From assembly GCA_963823665.1 (NCBI GenBank), contig CAWGMQ010000006.1, positions 1,408,001 through 1,472,000 on the forward strand: a stretch of DNA of 64,000 nucleotides. Reading direction: 5' to 3'. Each line of letters starts with the position of its first letter. The first letter of the stretch is position 1. This stretch comes from an uncultured Planctomycetota bacterium (GTDB lineage: Bacteria; Planctomycetota; Planctomycetia; Isosphaerales; Isosphaeraceae). The translations under genes were made by a program, and so were the position numbers. Positions 30,933-43,982 of the stretch are shown here, in pieces. A model generated the notes under the pieces. That model saw nothing but the letters and a program-made list of their open reading frames with translations. It was not told where the DNA came from and made no database searches.

Positions 30933-32291
30933 ATGACCACGAGAACGTTCCTCAAGCTGTCCACCGCGATCATGCGCCGATGGTCCAAAATTCGGTTCTT
31001 CGGCCAGGCGCCCGGCCAGACCGCATCCGCCGCCAAGCTCACCAACTGGGCCGGCAACTTTACATACAGCACCGCGAACGTGCATCGCCTCGCGTCGATC
31101 GAACAGGTCCGCACGTTCGTCAAGCAGCACGATGCGCTCAGGGTGCTCGGCACGCGCCATTGCTTTAACGGCATCGCCGACAGTCCCCACGCCCTCATCT
31201 CCCTCGAACCGATGAGTGAGGTGGTCGCGCTGGACGCGAAGGCACGCAGGGTGATCGTCGAGGCGGGGATGACCTACGGCCGCTTGTGCCCCTTGCTCCA
31301 TGAGAAGGGCTTCGCGCTGCACAACCTCGCCTCGCTGCCTCACATCTGCATCGCCGGCGCCTGCGCCACCGCGACGCATGGTTCCGGCATCAAGAACGGA
31401 AACCTGGCGACGGCGGTCTCGGCCCTGGAGCTCGTCACGGCCAATGGAGATCTTCTGACGCTCTCTCGCGAAAAGAACGGCGACACATTCCTCGGGGCCG
31501 TCGTCAATCTGGGAGCCCTCGGCGTGATCACCAAAATCACGCTGGAAGTCCAGCCGACGTTCCAGATGCGGCAACTTGTCTACGTGGATCTCCCCCTGGC
31601 GCAACTGGCCAGCCATTTCGAGGCGATCATGTCGAGCGGCTACAGCGTCAGCCTCTTCACCGACTGGCAGAACCAGCGGATCAACCAGGTGTGGATCAAG
31701 CGCCGCGTCGACGACGGGGGAACGACAGCCGCCGATCCGGAGTTTCACGGGGCCAGGCTCGCGACCCGGAACCTCCACCCGATCACCGCGCTCTCGGCCG
31801 AGAACTGCACGGAGCAGATGGGGCTGCCCGGCCCCTGGTACGAGCGATTGCCCCACTTCCGCATGGGGTTCACCCCGAGCAGCGGCAAGGAGCTGCAATC
31901 GGAATACTTCGTCCCCCGCAAGGATGCCGTCGAGGCCATCCTGGCGATCGAGCGCCTGCGCGATCGAGTCGGCCCCCACCTGCTCATCTCGGAGCTGCGC
32001 ACGATCGACGCCGACCGATTGTGGATGAGCCCCTGCTACGAGCGGCCCAGCCTGGCCATCCACTTCACGTGGAAGCCGGAGTGGGCTGCCGTCCGCGCGC
32101 TGTTGCCCGTGATCGAGAAGGAGCTGGCACCTTATGCCGTCCGCCCGCACTGGGGGAAGTTGTTCACCGTGGAATCAGCACAATTGCGGTCCCGCTATGA
32201 GAAAATGAGCGATTTCAACGACCTGCTCAGGCACCACGACCCACGCGGGAAGTTCCGGAACGGATTCGTGACCGCCATCCTCGACGGCTGA
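30933..32291 (+). CDS. FAD-linked alditol/xylitol oxidase-like protein
   Basis: NWAGN, LGTRHCFNGIAD, LHNLASLPHI, TATHGSG, ELQSEY, RPHWGK; start placed at ATG 30933 after GGAG. Confidence 0.88.
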   Translation: MTTRTFLKLSTAIMRRWSKIRFFGQAPGQTASAAKLTNWAGNFTYSTANVHRLASIEQVRTFVKQHDALRVLGTRHCFNGIADSPHALISLEPMSEVVALDAKARRVIVEAGMTYGRLCPLLHEKGFALHNLASLPHICIAGACATATHGSGIKNGNLATAVSALELVTANGDLLTLSREKNGDTFLGAVVNLGALGVITKITLEVQPTFQMRQLVYVDLPLAQLASHFEAIMSSGYSVSLFTDWQNQRINQVWIKRRVDDGGTTAADPEFHGARLATRNLHPITALSAENCTEQMGLPGPWYERLPHFRMGFTPSSGKELQSEYFVPRKDAVEAILAIERLRDRVGPHLLISELRTIDADRLWMSPCYERPSLAIHFTWKPEWAAVRALLPVIEKELAPYAVRPHWGKLFTVESAQLRSRYEKMSDFNDLLRHHDPRGKFRNGFVTAILDG

Positions 32292-32332
32292 CCCGGCTCG
32301 CTGCGGCGCTGGAAGTTGCAGAACGAGGCGTG

Positions 32333-32366
32333 GTAGGGCGGAACACGGCTCCAACCGAACCCGCCC
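32333..32366 (+). repeat. GTAG-type REP-like hairpin
   Basis: GTAGGGCGG...CCCGCCC in the intergenic region. Confidence 0.35.
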
Positions 32367-32542
32367 GTCCCCGTTTCCATGCCCCCAACTTGAGCAGCCG
32401 CCGATCCGAAGTCGCGCGTGACATCCGGGGTGTTTCCGGCCCTATGATCATGGGAAGGTTACGTAATCGTGGCGCGTGCGTGCTCGGACATTTCTCGTCC
32501 AGGATTGGTCACGACTGTAATGAGAGCAGGAGATCGCCGACG

Positions 32543-35500
32543 ATGACCCAGACCGACGGTGTCACCGCGGAGCAGCCCGACCCCGCGACCTCACGAGCGG
32601 CGGAAAGCGTTTTGCGATCGGATACCGGCACCCTCCTGGCTGGTATCCTGGACGCCTATCTGGCCGAGCTCCATTCCGGCAAATCGCCGGATCGGGGCGA
32701 GCTGCTGGCCGCACATCCCGCGCTGGCCACTCAGCTCGAGGCGTGCCTGGCCGGGATCGAGTTCGTCCATCGAGCGGCCGGACCGGCCGCCCTGGAGCCG
32801 GCGACCCTGGGCGAGTTTCAGATCGTCCGCGAGCTCGGACGCGGCGGCATGGGTGTGGTGTACGAGGCCGACCAGACGTCACTGCGGCGCCGGGTTGCAC
32901 TCAAAGTGCTTCGGTTCGGGGCGGTCGCCGACCTTGAAGCGATGCGGCGGTTTCGCCGCGAGGCCGAGACAGTCGCGCGACTGCACCATACCAACATCGT
33001 GCCGATCTTCGCCGTCGGCTGCGAGCGAGACGTGCATTACTACGCGATGCAGTTCATCGAGGGCCAGAGCCTTGCCGACGTCCTGGCCGAGTCGCGGCGA
33101 ACGGGGAAACTGCTGTCACCACAGGATGTCGCCGGCTGGGGCCGCCAGGCCGCCGAGGCGCTCGCGCATGCTCACCAGCGCGGCGTGATTCACCGCGATA
33201 TCAAGCCTTCGAACCTGCTGCTCGACCCCGAGGGGATCGTCTGGTTGACCGATTTCGGTCTGGCCAAGCGGGCCGACCTGGCAGCGCTCACCGTCACCGG
33301 CGCCCTGATGGGGACGCCGCGCTACATGAGCCCCGAGCAGGCCGAGTCGCTCAAGCGGCCCGTCGATCATCGCACCGACCTGTATAGCTTGGGCGCGACC
33401 CTCTACGAGCTGGCCACGGGCCAGCCCGTCTTCGAGTCCGCGACACCGCACGGCGTGATCGCGCGGATCCTCACCGAGCAGCCGGCGCGGCCGCGGCAGG
33501 TCCGGCCTGGTCTGCCTCGCGACCTCGAGACCATCATCCTCTCGTGCCTGGCCAAGGAACCTTCGCAACGATACCAGACCGCCTTGGCACTCGCCGACGA
33601 TCTGCGGGCGGTCCTGGACGGCAGGCCGATCCGAGCCCGCCGCACTCCGCTTCATGAGCGCATCACGCGTTACGTCCGCAAGCGGAGCAAGACGATCGGC
33701 GTGGGTGCGATCGTCGTGGCGGCAACCAGCTTGGCGATCGTCGGCTCGTTTCTGGCATGGCGAAGCTACAGTGATTCGCGACTCGGCCGCGTGTTGCTAT
33801 CAACTGACGGTCCGCCGCTGGAGGCCCAGGTTCTCTCCGCGTCAGTCGAGGAACGAGTCGGCGAGCCGTTCTCCGTCGGCACGCACGCCATTGTGTCGTT
33901 GCCGGAGGACAAGTATCGCCTGCGGGTGGGAGGACCGGGGATTCTTAGTCAAACCTACCAGTTCGGCGTCGGCCCCGGTGAGCTGGGCAACTACCACCTC
34001 GCTGCCGATGAAAACCGCCTGCTCGGGCAGGAGCCGATCCCGTACGCGTTCGCTTCGGAGGCACTGCTGCTCTCCCCGGGTAAGGCCGATCTCGTCGAGT
34101 GGACGGGCACGACGCTCATCCGGCGCGACGGTGTGTCCGGCCGGACGCTCTGGGACGCGTCGCGACCGGCGATTCCGTGGGAGGCGAAGCATGACCCGGT
34201 TGCCTGGATGCAACGGCTTTCCTACCTGGGCGACGAGAGACGACCTGGCGTGCTGGTCCAGCCCGCCCCGGACCTTGACGGCGACGGCACGGCCGACATT
34301 GTCTGGGCTTTTCGAGGCACGCCATCGCTCCTGGCACTTTCGGGTAAGGACGGGTCGATGCTCTGGACTTACTCGGCCGAGATCGATGGGCGCGGCGGGC
34401 TGGACATCCATGGCCCCGCGTGGCCGCATTCGATCGAGCAGGTTCCCCGACCGGGAGCGGTTCTCGGCTCACCAGCTTTACGGGACGTCGATGGCGACTT
34501 CGTGCCGGACTTGATTGCCGCGTTCGTCCTCCTCGAAGACGTACCGCCCTCGCTTCGTCCCCGCGGATCGACCGACCAGCCAGCGGTAGTGGTATGGGAG
34601 ACAGTCAAACACCGTGGCCGACGCGTGGTCTTGGCCGTCTCGGGACGCTCAGGCCGAGCTCTTTGGGTGCATCCGATCGATCAGCTGGCGCCGGAGCCCT
34701 CGGACTGCGGTGTCATGCTGATGGACGGTCGGAACGGTTTGACGGCGGCGTTCGTCGACGGGGCCCGGGGGACCTGGATCGGTTTCAACCCCGCGAACGG
34801 GCAATCGCGGGGCCAGCCGATCGACTTCGGGTTCGCACCCGTGCGCCCTGTCCAGCATGCGGACCTCGATGGTGACGGCGAACCCGAAATTTTGGCGCTC
34901 GGGCCGAGCCCCTCGCCGAATCAACAGACGCTGGCGGCGTTTTCCTGTGGGACAGGCCGTCGGCTGTGGACCCAGACCGTCCGCGCGCGGTTTAAGTCGG
35001 CCGCGATCAACCCCCCGCCGAACTGGCCGGCGATCGTCGATGTCGACGGCGATGGCCGATCCGAGATCTTGGTCGCCGACTCTGGTGCGCTGAGAAGCGG
35101 CGATGAGTACCGGGGTGCTCGGCTGCTCAACGGCGCCTCGGGCGCGGACCGCTGGGCTCGGCCGTTGCATCCCAAGCATCCGTTGTTCGCGCCCCTGGCG
35201 GCGGAAGATGATGGACTCGCCCAGGTCTTGGAGACAGCGGATCTCGACGGCGACGGCACGCGCGACCTGGTTGCCGTGTCGCGGTTCGACGGACGGCAAC
35301 ACCTCGAAGCGCTCTCCGTCTACGTCGATATGCTCTCCGGCAAGGACGGGCATTCGCTCTGGTGGTGGCACTCGGACTTCAAGCTGGGTCACTGGCGACC
35401 GTCCGTCATGGTCTGGACGCCATTCTTGTGGGGACGCGGGGCCGACGGCTGGCCGATGCTCGCGGTCCCGCTGGGCGGCACCGCCGCGACGTGGACCGGC

Positions 35501-37832
35501 CAGACGAATCCCTATCACCATCGCGAGCCCCCGCGGGTCCACCTCCTTTCCCTTACCACTGGACGTGAACTGCACTCGATCGACGGGCTATCGTGGCCCC
35601 GGCCGGCCGACCTTGACGGAGATGGCCTCGCGGACCTTTGGGGCTCCGTGAGCGGTAATCTGCGAGCTTATCGTGGCCAGGCGCCTGAAGCGTGGCGAGC
35701 GCTCGGGCGTTATCACAAAGCGGGAGATCTCGACGGGGACGGAATCTCGGACGTCGTCAGTGACGACCTGCGGGTGCGGCCCGATATCGATGAAAGCTCC
35801 AGAGAAACCCTGGCGGCGGTCGCTCACTCGGGGCGCGATGGAAAGCTCCTCTGGCGGAGGAGACTCGAATACCAGGGCCCGTGGATTGAGGTAGATGCCA
35901 CGGGCGAGCCCGGCTATACGCTGTCGTCCCTGGCTCTTCCCGGAGGCGATCTCGATGGAGACGGTGCCCCGGAGATCAGTGTCGTCAGAAGCGAGTCCTA
36001 TTTCGGTTCCTCGCGCGGCGCCGCGACTTTGCCCCTGGAAGTCTTGAGCGGAAGATCGGGGCGGCCGCTCTGGTCGGCTGGCGCCCTTCCGCTGAGCTTC
36101 GACGTGACAAGAAGCTTCTCCGAGATCGCAAGTATTGATGTTATCGCCTGCGAGCCGCACGGACCGATGGACTTCATCGTGCGGCACCACGGACAGTTTG
36201 TGCCGCCGGGCGGGTTAACCGGCGGAAACGTTTTTCCACAAGATCGCCTGGCCCGACTATCGGGGCGCGACGGGCACGTGATCTGGGATAGAGCGCTCGC
36301 CGATCTTCTGGGTGTGGGCCGAGGAAAACCGCCCGATTCAGCTCACGCGTTCGTCGATTGCGATGGTGATGGCTATGTTGATATCTTCGTACTTCTCCCG
36401 CCACAGCTCATCGACCCGACTGCGTGCCAGTGGCGTGCGGTTTCGCTCCGCGACGGCAAGACGCTCTGGTCACACGCCACCTCGTACCGCGCCGATCGGT
36501 TGCCCATATTCGAGGCGGGCGACCTTGATGGCGACGGCCGGCTTGAATTCGTGCGGAACGAAATCTTCGGAATCCCGGATAAATTGGTGGTGACAGCGCT
36601 CGATAGTCGTGACGGCTCGACCCGATGGTCTTGGTACGCTCCGGGCTTTTCGGGAGTGGACAACCAAAATCAGCGCAACGTGTGCCTGGCCGATTTCGAG
36701 GGGAAGGGAGCAAGCGACGTGTGCGTCGCGTTTCCGGTTTCCGGCACGCAGCAGCGGGTCGTGATCCTCGACGCCACGGGCCACGAGCGAGCCAGCCGCG
36801 AAGTGAAAGCCTCTTCGCCAGGCACTTTAATACGTGCGGACCTGGATGGCGACGGTGCCGACGAGCTGCTGTTCCGGGACGGCGACCGGCTTTGCGCCGT
36901 CGGGCGCGACCTCGAGAATAGGTGGTTCCGGCCAACCCGCGAGGCGGTGCGTGAAGTCATCCCCTCAGCAAAGGGTCAACCGGCGGTTGTCGTGCTCGAC
37001 TCGATGATCGGTTCTCGACGGCGCGACCGGGCGTCCGCGGTGGGACGGGCGCGGCTCGGCCACGGTGCTTGACGCGGGAGACTCCGCGCGACCGCCGCGA
37101 GTAATCTCCGCAGCCGGCGACACCACGGTCTGCCGGCTGGCCCTGGCCACCACGCCCGAGGGGGCTGTCCAGCCGGCTCGCGGGGCGCCTATCGCACACT
37201 TGCCCACCTCAGACGACCCGCGCTGGATGCGTCCTTTGCCGTGGCACCGGCCGAACGCCGCCGCCGACCTGGCGCGGGCATTTTTCGATTTTGGCGGTCT
37301 CGCGTTAATCAACATCATCATTCCATTGACGGTTCTGAAACTGGCGACTCGTCGGCGCGTCCGGGGTGTGTCGCTGTTGCTGGCGCTACCGGTCGTTGTC
37401 GCGGTCCCGCTGGCCGGCTGGATCGCGATATATCGGTCCGTACCCGTCGTTGAGTTGATTTTGGGCGGCCTGGTCGGACTTGCCATCCTCGAATATCCGG
37501 TTGCCGTCGGCCTGGGCATCCGCAACGGGCGCTGGCGGCGGCTCGCACTGCGAGTCTGCCTGACCGCGGTCGTCACGGTCGCGATCGCGACTTGGTTGTT
37601 GTGGTCCGATATGCGAGGGATGGCGGCGATCGAGCGTTACACCTGGTCAGGATGGTATCTCGTCGTCATACCGGGGGTCCTCGTCATCGGGGCACTCGCG
37701 TGTATGATCCGGATCTTGCGAACCGTGTTCCGATTCATCCGGCGGCCGCGGTGGCGGGCTGCCACCAATTCGCCCTCCCCGGGAAAGCCGAATGTGCCGG
37801 CTGCCCCCCCGTCGCCGGCAAAGCGCAGGTAG
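32543..37832 (+). CDS. Ser/Thr kinase with FG-GAP/beta-propeller repeats and C-terminal TM helices, frameshifted near 37012
   Basis: ATG 32543 after GCAGGAG; GRGGMG, HRDIKPSN, DFG, GTPRYMSPE; many D(L/V)DGDG repeats. Removing one T restores ..GLDGATGRPRW and joins ORF 37065-37832. Confidence 0.88.
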
Positions 37833-37929
37833 CTAGAACGCGGCGTCAAGATTGTTCCGGTTTCGCATCCGAGCACGGCGAATTCCGATGGGGCGCTACC
37901 GAGGACGAGGCGGTTCAAGTTCCTGGAAC

Positions 37930-37989
37930 TGCAAGTCCTCCTGCACATCCCCCTTGACATTTGCCTTCCATGTGCAGTACGATTTGCAC
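37930..37989 (+). promoter_or_regulatory. sigma70 promoter with two candidate BlaI operators
   Basis: TTGACA (37954-59)-N18-TACGAT (37978-83); TGCA-N8-TGCA at 37930-37945 and 37973-37988. Confidence 0.65.
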
Positions 37990-38012
37990 GTTGACCGTGG
38001 GAGGAGCTTCTG

Positions 38013-38402
38013 ATGCCGCCGTTTACGCCTGGGGAACTGAAGGTGATGCGCCTGCTCTGGGAGCATGGCGAGATGAAGCCCGCGGATCTCCAACGACGGT
38101 TCCCCGAGCCGATCAAGAATCCGGCCCTCCGTTTCTACCTGACGACGCTGGTCGAAAAGGGTCACGTGACGCGCCGGAAGGTCGGAAAGGCGTACTTTTA
38201 CAAGCCGGCGACGCGACCGCGCTCGGCGTTCCGTTCGATGCTCGGGGAATTCGTCGACGCCCACTGCGGCGGCTCGATCCAGACCCTGGTGCTGAACATC
38301 ATCAAGTCAGAGAAGCTCAGTGAGAGCGACCTCTTGAAGTTGAAGCAACTCGCCGACGAAAGCCCGGACTTGAACCCACAAAGTAGCAGGAGCCGGTCAT
38401 GA
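38013..38402 (+). CDS. BlaI/MecI/CopY family repressor
   Basis: FTPGELKVMRLLWEHGE...LVEKGHVTRRKVGKAYFY; ATGA overlap with the M56 gene. Confidence 0.92.
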   Translation: MPPFTPGELKVMRLLWEHGEMKPADLQRRFPEPIKNPALRFYLTTLVEKGHVTRRKVGKAYFYKPATRPRSAFRSMLGEFVDAHCGGSIQTLVLNIIKSEKLSESDLLKLKQLADESPDLNPQSSRSRS

Positions 38403-41400
38403 ACACATCTTCGGTCGTATCGTGGTTCGCGGAGCTCCCGTGGGTCTACGGCCTGGCCGGCCGCTGGACGGCCTTGCTCATCCTGGCGTGGGTGGCGCAC
38501 CTGGTCCTCGCGAAACGAGACCCGCGCTGGCGGGTGCTCGTCTGGCGGTCGGCCGCGGTGGGTCTCGCGACCATCGTCATCCTCACCGCTGCGCCGCCCT
38601 TCGTCACCTGGCGCTTGCCCCCCGCCGAGTCGATCGCCGCCCAAACGCGTTCCGCGGAAAGCGTCGCCCCGCCGGCGAATCCGGTTCCGGTTCTCTCGGA
38701 GAAGCCCGCGCAGGTCGCTCGCCTTCAAGCCTCCATTCCTGCACGCCCGCGACGTCCGGAGAGTGCGAAACGATCGAGCGGAGGCCCGGCAGTCGCTCGT
38801 TGGAAAGCCGTCATGTCCTGGTCAAACTTGGGCGCCGGTTTGCTGGCGATCTGGCTGCTCGGAGTTGCCGTGATGACGCTACGGCTGGGGCTGTGCGTCT
38901 GGCGCGTCTCGAGGATCGTCGGGCGGTCCACGGCGGTCCCAGCCCCGGTCGTCGCGGAGTGCCGCGCGGTCGCCGACGCACTCGGCTGCCGTCAAGACGT
39001 TCGTGTCGTCCAGACGGCGGAAGTCCCCGCACCCTGCCTGACCGGCCTGTTTCGACCGTGGCTTCTGTTGCCGGAAGCGAACTGCGAGGAGACCCACCGC
39101 GCGGATCTCCGGGCCATCCTCGCCCATGAGTTCGCCCACGCGCGCCGGCACGACCTGGTCTGGAACATGGTCCTGCATTTCTGGTCGATCGTTCTTTGGT
39201 TTCATCCCTTGGTCTGGCGGATCCGCGCCGCGCACCTGGCGGCGTGCGACGTCGTCTGTGACGCCCTGGCGGCCGATCTGGTGGGCGACGTCGCTTCGTA
39301 CGGCCGTACGCTTGCTAGACTGGCGCTCCAGGTCTCCGGGCCCGCGCCCGTCCCCGGCCTCGCCATGGCCGGCACCCCCGACGTCTTCCTGCGGATCGAG
39401 GCGCTCGAGCGCAGGGTTTTCCGCGGTGCCCTTACCTGGAGGATGATCGCACCTGCTCTGCTCGCATTGAGTGTGATCGTCATTCTCATCGGCGGCTTGG
39501 GAATCAAAGGCGCCGAACAAAGCCCAGCGCAGAAGGATCAGCCCCCGGCGCGAAAGGCGACCGAAGCGGAGCTATTCGTTGCGAACGCCGCTCCCGAAAA
39601 CAGTCGGGCGCAGCCCGCTTCGAGTCATCGTCTTTCCCTCCGCGTCCTCCGCGCAAAGCCCGGTGAGCCGCTCGATGGGGTCTCGGTGAGTAGCGAGATT
39701 CGAGGTGAGGGCGAACCTCGTAAGGAAACGGTCACGACCGGCAAGGAGGGCACGGCGTCGATCGAATGGCCCCCGGGGATCGCCATTCACTTTCTGGGTC
39801 TGAACTTGAAGAAACCCGGGTACGTAGGCCTGTTCCTTTCTTGGGACGACCGCGATCATGCCATCTCGTTGCCGGAGTCGCAGGAAGCGCGGCTCGAGCC
39901 GGGCGTGCCAATCCGTGGCGTGGTGCAAGACGAGGCCGGGAAGCCCATTGCGCAGGCCAGTGTGACCCCAATGGCCTGGCCGACGGCAGGCGGAAAAACC
40001 CGCTTCGTTTATGAGCTGGGAACCGCCAAGACCGATGAGCAGGGGCGCTGGCGCATCGACGATGCGCCGGCAAACGTCTCGGGCGTGAGCCTGCGCGTCC
40101 GCCATCCGGACTACCGACCGCGTCCAGGCCAATCGGACGGCGGGCGAGAGTGGCGGACGATCCTCGCAAAAGGTGCCACAGTGAAGGGCCGCGTGGTCGA
40201 CGGATCAGGGAAGCCCGTTAAGGGGGCAAAAGTCGAGACCGGAGGCTCTGAATATCGGGACGAGAGGACGCCCGTGGCGACCAACGAGCTCGGGGAGTAC
40301 ACCCTCCGATGTTGTGAGCCGGGTTCGGCGATCGTCACGGCGCAGGCTGAGGGTTTCGGCCCCGAGTTTCGGGAGGTAAACGTCCCGAATGTAGGAGAGG
40401 TGGAGGCGCCTGTTATCCGACTTGGAAAGGCGAGCACACTCCGCGTCAGGGTCGTAGACCGGGCCGGCAAGCCCGTCGCCGGCGCCTACTTTGCAGATCG
40501 GTAAGTGGCGCGGGCACGACTCGTTGCTCCGGGTCGGGGCTCAAACCGAGGTTGCATGGCGCTCCACCTGGAACGCTCAAACCGATGCCGCAGGGCGATT
40601 CACATGGACAAGTGCCCCGAGCGACGCCATGCTTTTCCATATCTTTAGAGATGGGTATCTGCGTATGGAACCCGTATCCCTGACCGCCTCGGATCAAGAG
40701 CACGTCGTGACGCTGAACCCGGCGCTGGTGATCTCGGGGAGTGTGACCGACGCGGTGACCGGCAAGCCGGTGCCCCGTTTCCGCGTGATCCAAGGCCTCG
40801 AGCTCGAAGGCAGCCAGGGCATCACGTGGTGGCGCATGGGCGCGGTGGAATACACCGGCGGTCGTTACTCGATGAAGTTCGATATGCCGACGAAGGAGTC
40901 GTCCGTGCGCGTCGAGGCGCCCGGCTACGAGCCGGCCGAATCGCGCGGCTTCCGCTCGGACGAAGGCGCGATGATCCAGGACTTTCGCTTGAAGCCCTCC
41001 GCGGGGATCTCCGGAGTCGTGCTCCTGCCCGACGGCAGACCCGCCGCGGGGGTCCAGGTTGTTCTGGGCACGCAGGAGAACTACGCGTTCGTGCGTGACG
41101 GCGTTGTCCAGCACAACTCGAATGCCGAGACGACCACCACCGGACCGGACGGCCGGTTCACGCTCCCGAAACATGAGGGGACGTTCTTGCTCGTCGTCGC
41201 GGCAGATGCGGGGTTCGCCGACGCGACATCTGATGAGTTCGCCAAGACCGGAAAGCTCCTCTTGCAGCCCTGGGGACGAATCGAAGGCGGGTGAGGATCG
41301 GCCGCAAGCCGGCTGCCTACCAGTCAGTCGTCTATTTGCCGGAGTTGCCCTCGAATCGCGGTGATGCTCTTCAGAATGCGGAGTTACGACTATCACTTCA

Positions 41401-42354
41401 CGGCCGATTCGCAGGGGCGGTTCGCGATCGACAGGGTGATTCCCGGCCGCGGTCACATCGCCCGCGTTCTGAACACGACCTATCGAACCGAGTGGTGCGA
41501 GCAGGAGTCAGTCGAGGTGAAGCCAGGCCAGACGACCCAGGTTCGACTCGGCGGCAAGGGTCGACCAGTGATCGGCCGGGTGGTGCTCGACGGCACTCCT
41601 CCCGAGCCCGTCGACTGGCGGAGCAACGACGCAGCCGTTCTCGAACTGCCCAGAGCCGAGCGCCGTAAAGCCACGACGCCCTGGCAGACGTTCGCGTCGG
41701 GGTTCGACAAAGACGGCAGGTTCCGCATCGAGGACGTGGCACCGGGTACTTATGAGTTAAGAATTTCAGTGAGTTTGCCTTCCGACAAAAGAACCTGGGG
41801 CCAACCACGCGCCACGATGGGTGACGCGACCCTCCCCGTGACCGTGCCTGAAGGACCGGAGGACCAACCGGTCGAGGTCGGGGACGTGAAGGTCAGGCTT
41901 TATGTGCGCGTCGGCGATCTCGCCCCTGACTTCACGGCGCCACGGCTCGACGGCGGCCAGTTCAAGCTGAGCGAGCAGCGCGGCAAGCTCGTCTTGCTCG
42001 ACTTCTGGGCGACGTGGTGCCAGCCTTGCCTCGCCGAGATGCCGGCGATGAAGGACATCCAGCAAACCTTCGGCGCCGACCCGCGGTTCGTTGCTGGTCG
42101 GCCTCTCGTGCGACGATGGCATCGAGCGCCCCGCTCAGTACGTCAAAGCGAACGGCCTGAATTGGACACACGCCTTCGCGGGGGCCATGCTCAAAGGCGA
42201 GGTCGCCGAAACGTACTTGATCCGGGCAATCCCAGCGACGTTCCTGATCGGTCCCAATGGCCGGGTCCTCGCCATGAACCTCCGGGGCGCCCCGTTGAAA
42301 GAAGCCGTGCGCAAAGCCCTGGCTGACGAGAAGCTGTTCTCAGGGGCGAAGTAG
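38399..42354 (+). CDS. BlaR1/peptidase M56 fused to carboxypeptidase-regulatory-like repeats and a TlpA-type redoxin; frameshifts near 40490, 41290, 41370 and 42091
   Basis: LAHEFAH, WFHPLVW, CD..A; repeated G.V.D..GKP..A.V and TD..GR(F/W); LLDFWATWCQPC; four to five ORFs in successive frames. Confidence 0.85.
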
Positions 42355-42439
42355 GCGACTCGTTGAAAGCAAGGGCGACGGCCGTGGTCGCGATCAAGAT
42401 CATCCCGTCCGCGATGTTGAACCGTCGGTGTGGTTTCAT
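42355..42439 (-). pseudogene. Orphan N-terminal fragment of a planctomycete membrane protein
   Basis: MKPHRRFNIADGMILIATTAVALAFN, then runs into the antisense strand of the M56 gene. Confidence 0.35.
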
Positions 42440-42786
42440 CGTTCTGGTTCGCGGGATAAAACCTGACAGGGGCTCACCAATCGGGCATACATGCCACGGG
42501 TCAGGATCATACGATTTCGCGAAGACGATCACCCTGACTGGCTTCGGCGGATACAGCTCCGCCGGCTTGTTCGGCGCGGGTACGGGTCTCGCCATTCAAC
42601 CGGCCACGTTAACGTTGACCTGATCACAGCGATGATCTGACCGTCCGTTTGGTCGAGCTGAGCTCGCAACCTCCTGGCTTTGTTTGCCCGTATCCCGAGC
42701 ATGCGCCGGTGTCGTCGGACCGACGCGTACAAGCGTTGATTCGACTGTCCCCAGTCCGCACATTCCGCGCACTCATCCTTCGGCGA

Positions 42787-43850
42787 TCAGCTCACGTCCT
42801 GTAATTCGCCTGTCTCTGCACTGTCGTATCCCGGCAAATCGCCGAGCGCCTTGCGATAGGCCGGTGAGCGCACGGCAGTCCGCAGTGCCTGAATCCTGGG
42901 GTCCTGTGCCCACTGCGCAGAAAAGCAGAGGTCATAGGCCTCCTCGCGGACCCCGAGGAAGTCAAGCCCGGCCTCGTCGCTGACCAGGCGGAGGCACACC
43001 CCCGCGTCGGCGCAGCCGCTCCGGATCGCCTCGACGACGCCTCGGTGGTCCCAGGCCGTGAACCGGGCGCCACCGCGCGGCCCTTCAGCACCTCATCGAG
43101 GCACTGCCGTGCACCGGACCCTTCCTCGCGCCCGATCCAGCGGAGGTCGGAACGCGCCGCGGTGCGCACGGACGAGAATCGGTGCCCCGCTGCAACGGCG
43201 ATCCCCTCCTCCCAGCGAGCGACGCGGAGCAGCTCGTAGCCGGTGCCGATCTCGCGCCGGACGACCCTCGCGTTCCCGTCCGGCTTGCCGGCCGTGGTCA
43301 GATGCACTCCGGCCGCGTGGACCAGGCCCCGGCCGAGCAGCGTCAGGGCCGTCCGGCTGGGGTAGTGCAAGGCGATCAGCCGCACTAGGGCGGTGCGCGC
43401 CAGCTCCTCAGCCAGCAGGCCCACGGCCGGATCGCAGCAGGCCATCACCAGGGTTCGACGCGGGTCGAAGCGCCCTCGTCCCTGAAAGAACCCGTCCCGA
43501 TAGATACCGTCGTGCGGGACCACCCCCATGGGCGTTGCCGTGACAGGGTATCGCCGCTCGACACCGCCCACGTCCGCCACCCAGTATCGGCACGGCTCCC
43601 GCCCGGGCGGCCACGCCCACTGCGGTTCCCGCGGTTCGGGACGGCGGAGCTGGAACAGGTCTTCGACCCGGCACCCGAGCGCGGCTGCAAGGGCCAGCGC
43701 CGCCGCCGCAGACGGAATCAATCGACCCATCTCGATGGCGCTGATGCCCGCGCGCGAGAGGCCCGAGCGCTGACCCAGTTCCGCCTGCGACCAGCCACGG
43801 TCGGTGCGCCGGGACCGCAGAAGGTTTTCGAACGGGGGCAGGTTTGCCAT
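42787..43850 (-). CDS. XRE-HTH plus PBP-like (molybdate-binding type) regulator, frameshifted near 43065
   Basis: WSQAELGQRSGLSRAGISAIEMGRLIPS; CCDPA; REEGSGAR; second frame gives DHRGVVEAIRSGCADAG...EEAYDL...LPGYD. Confidence 0.85.
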
Positions 43851-43982
43851 GATCATGTCATCTTACGCCATACTTGTCACGTCATCAAGCCGCCACTATA
43901 GTATCTGGTCCGACACGATCCTGGCGCAACGGCCCGAACGGTACGTCGGGAGTAAGTTTCCTACTGGCTCAAAGGCACATCC

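Noticed and set aside
30933..31030. Tat signal on the FAD oxidase (MTTRTFLK)
   Set aside because: Only one Arg and no hydrophobic core; at best a degenerate remnant.
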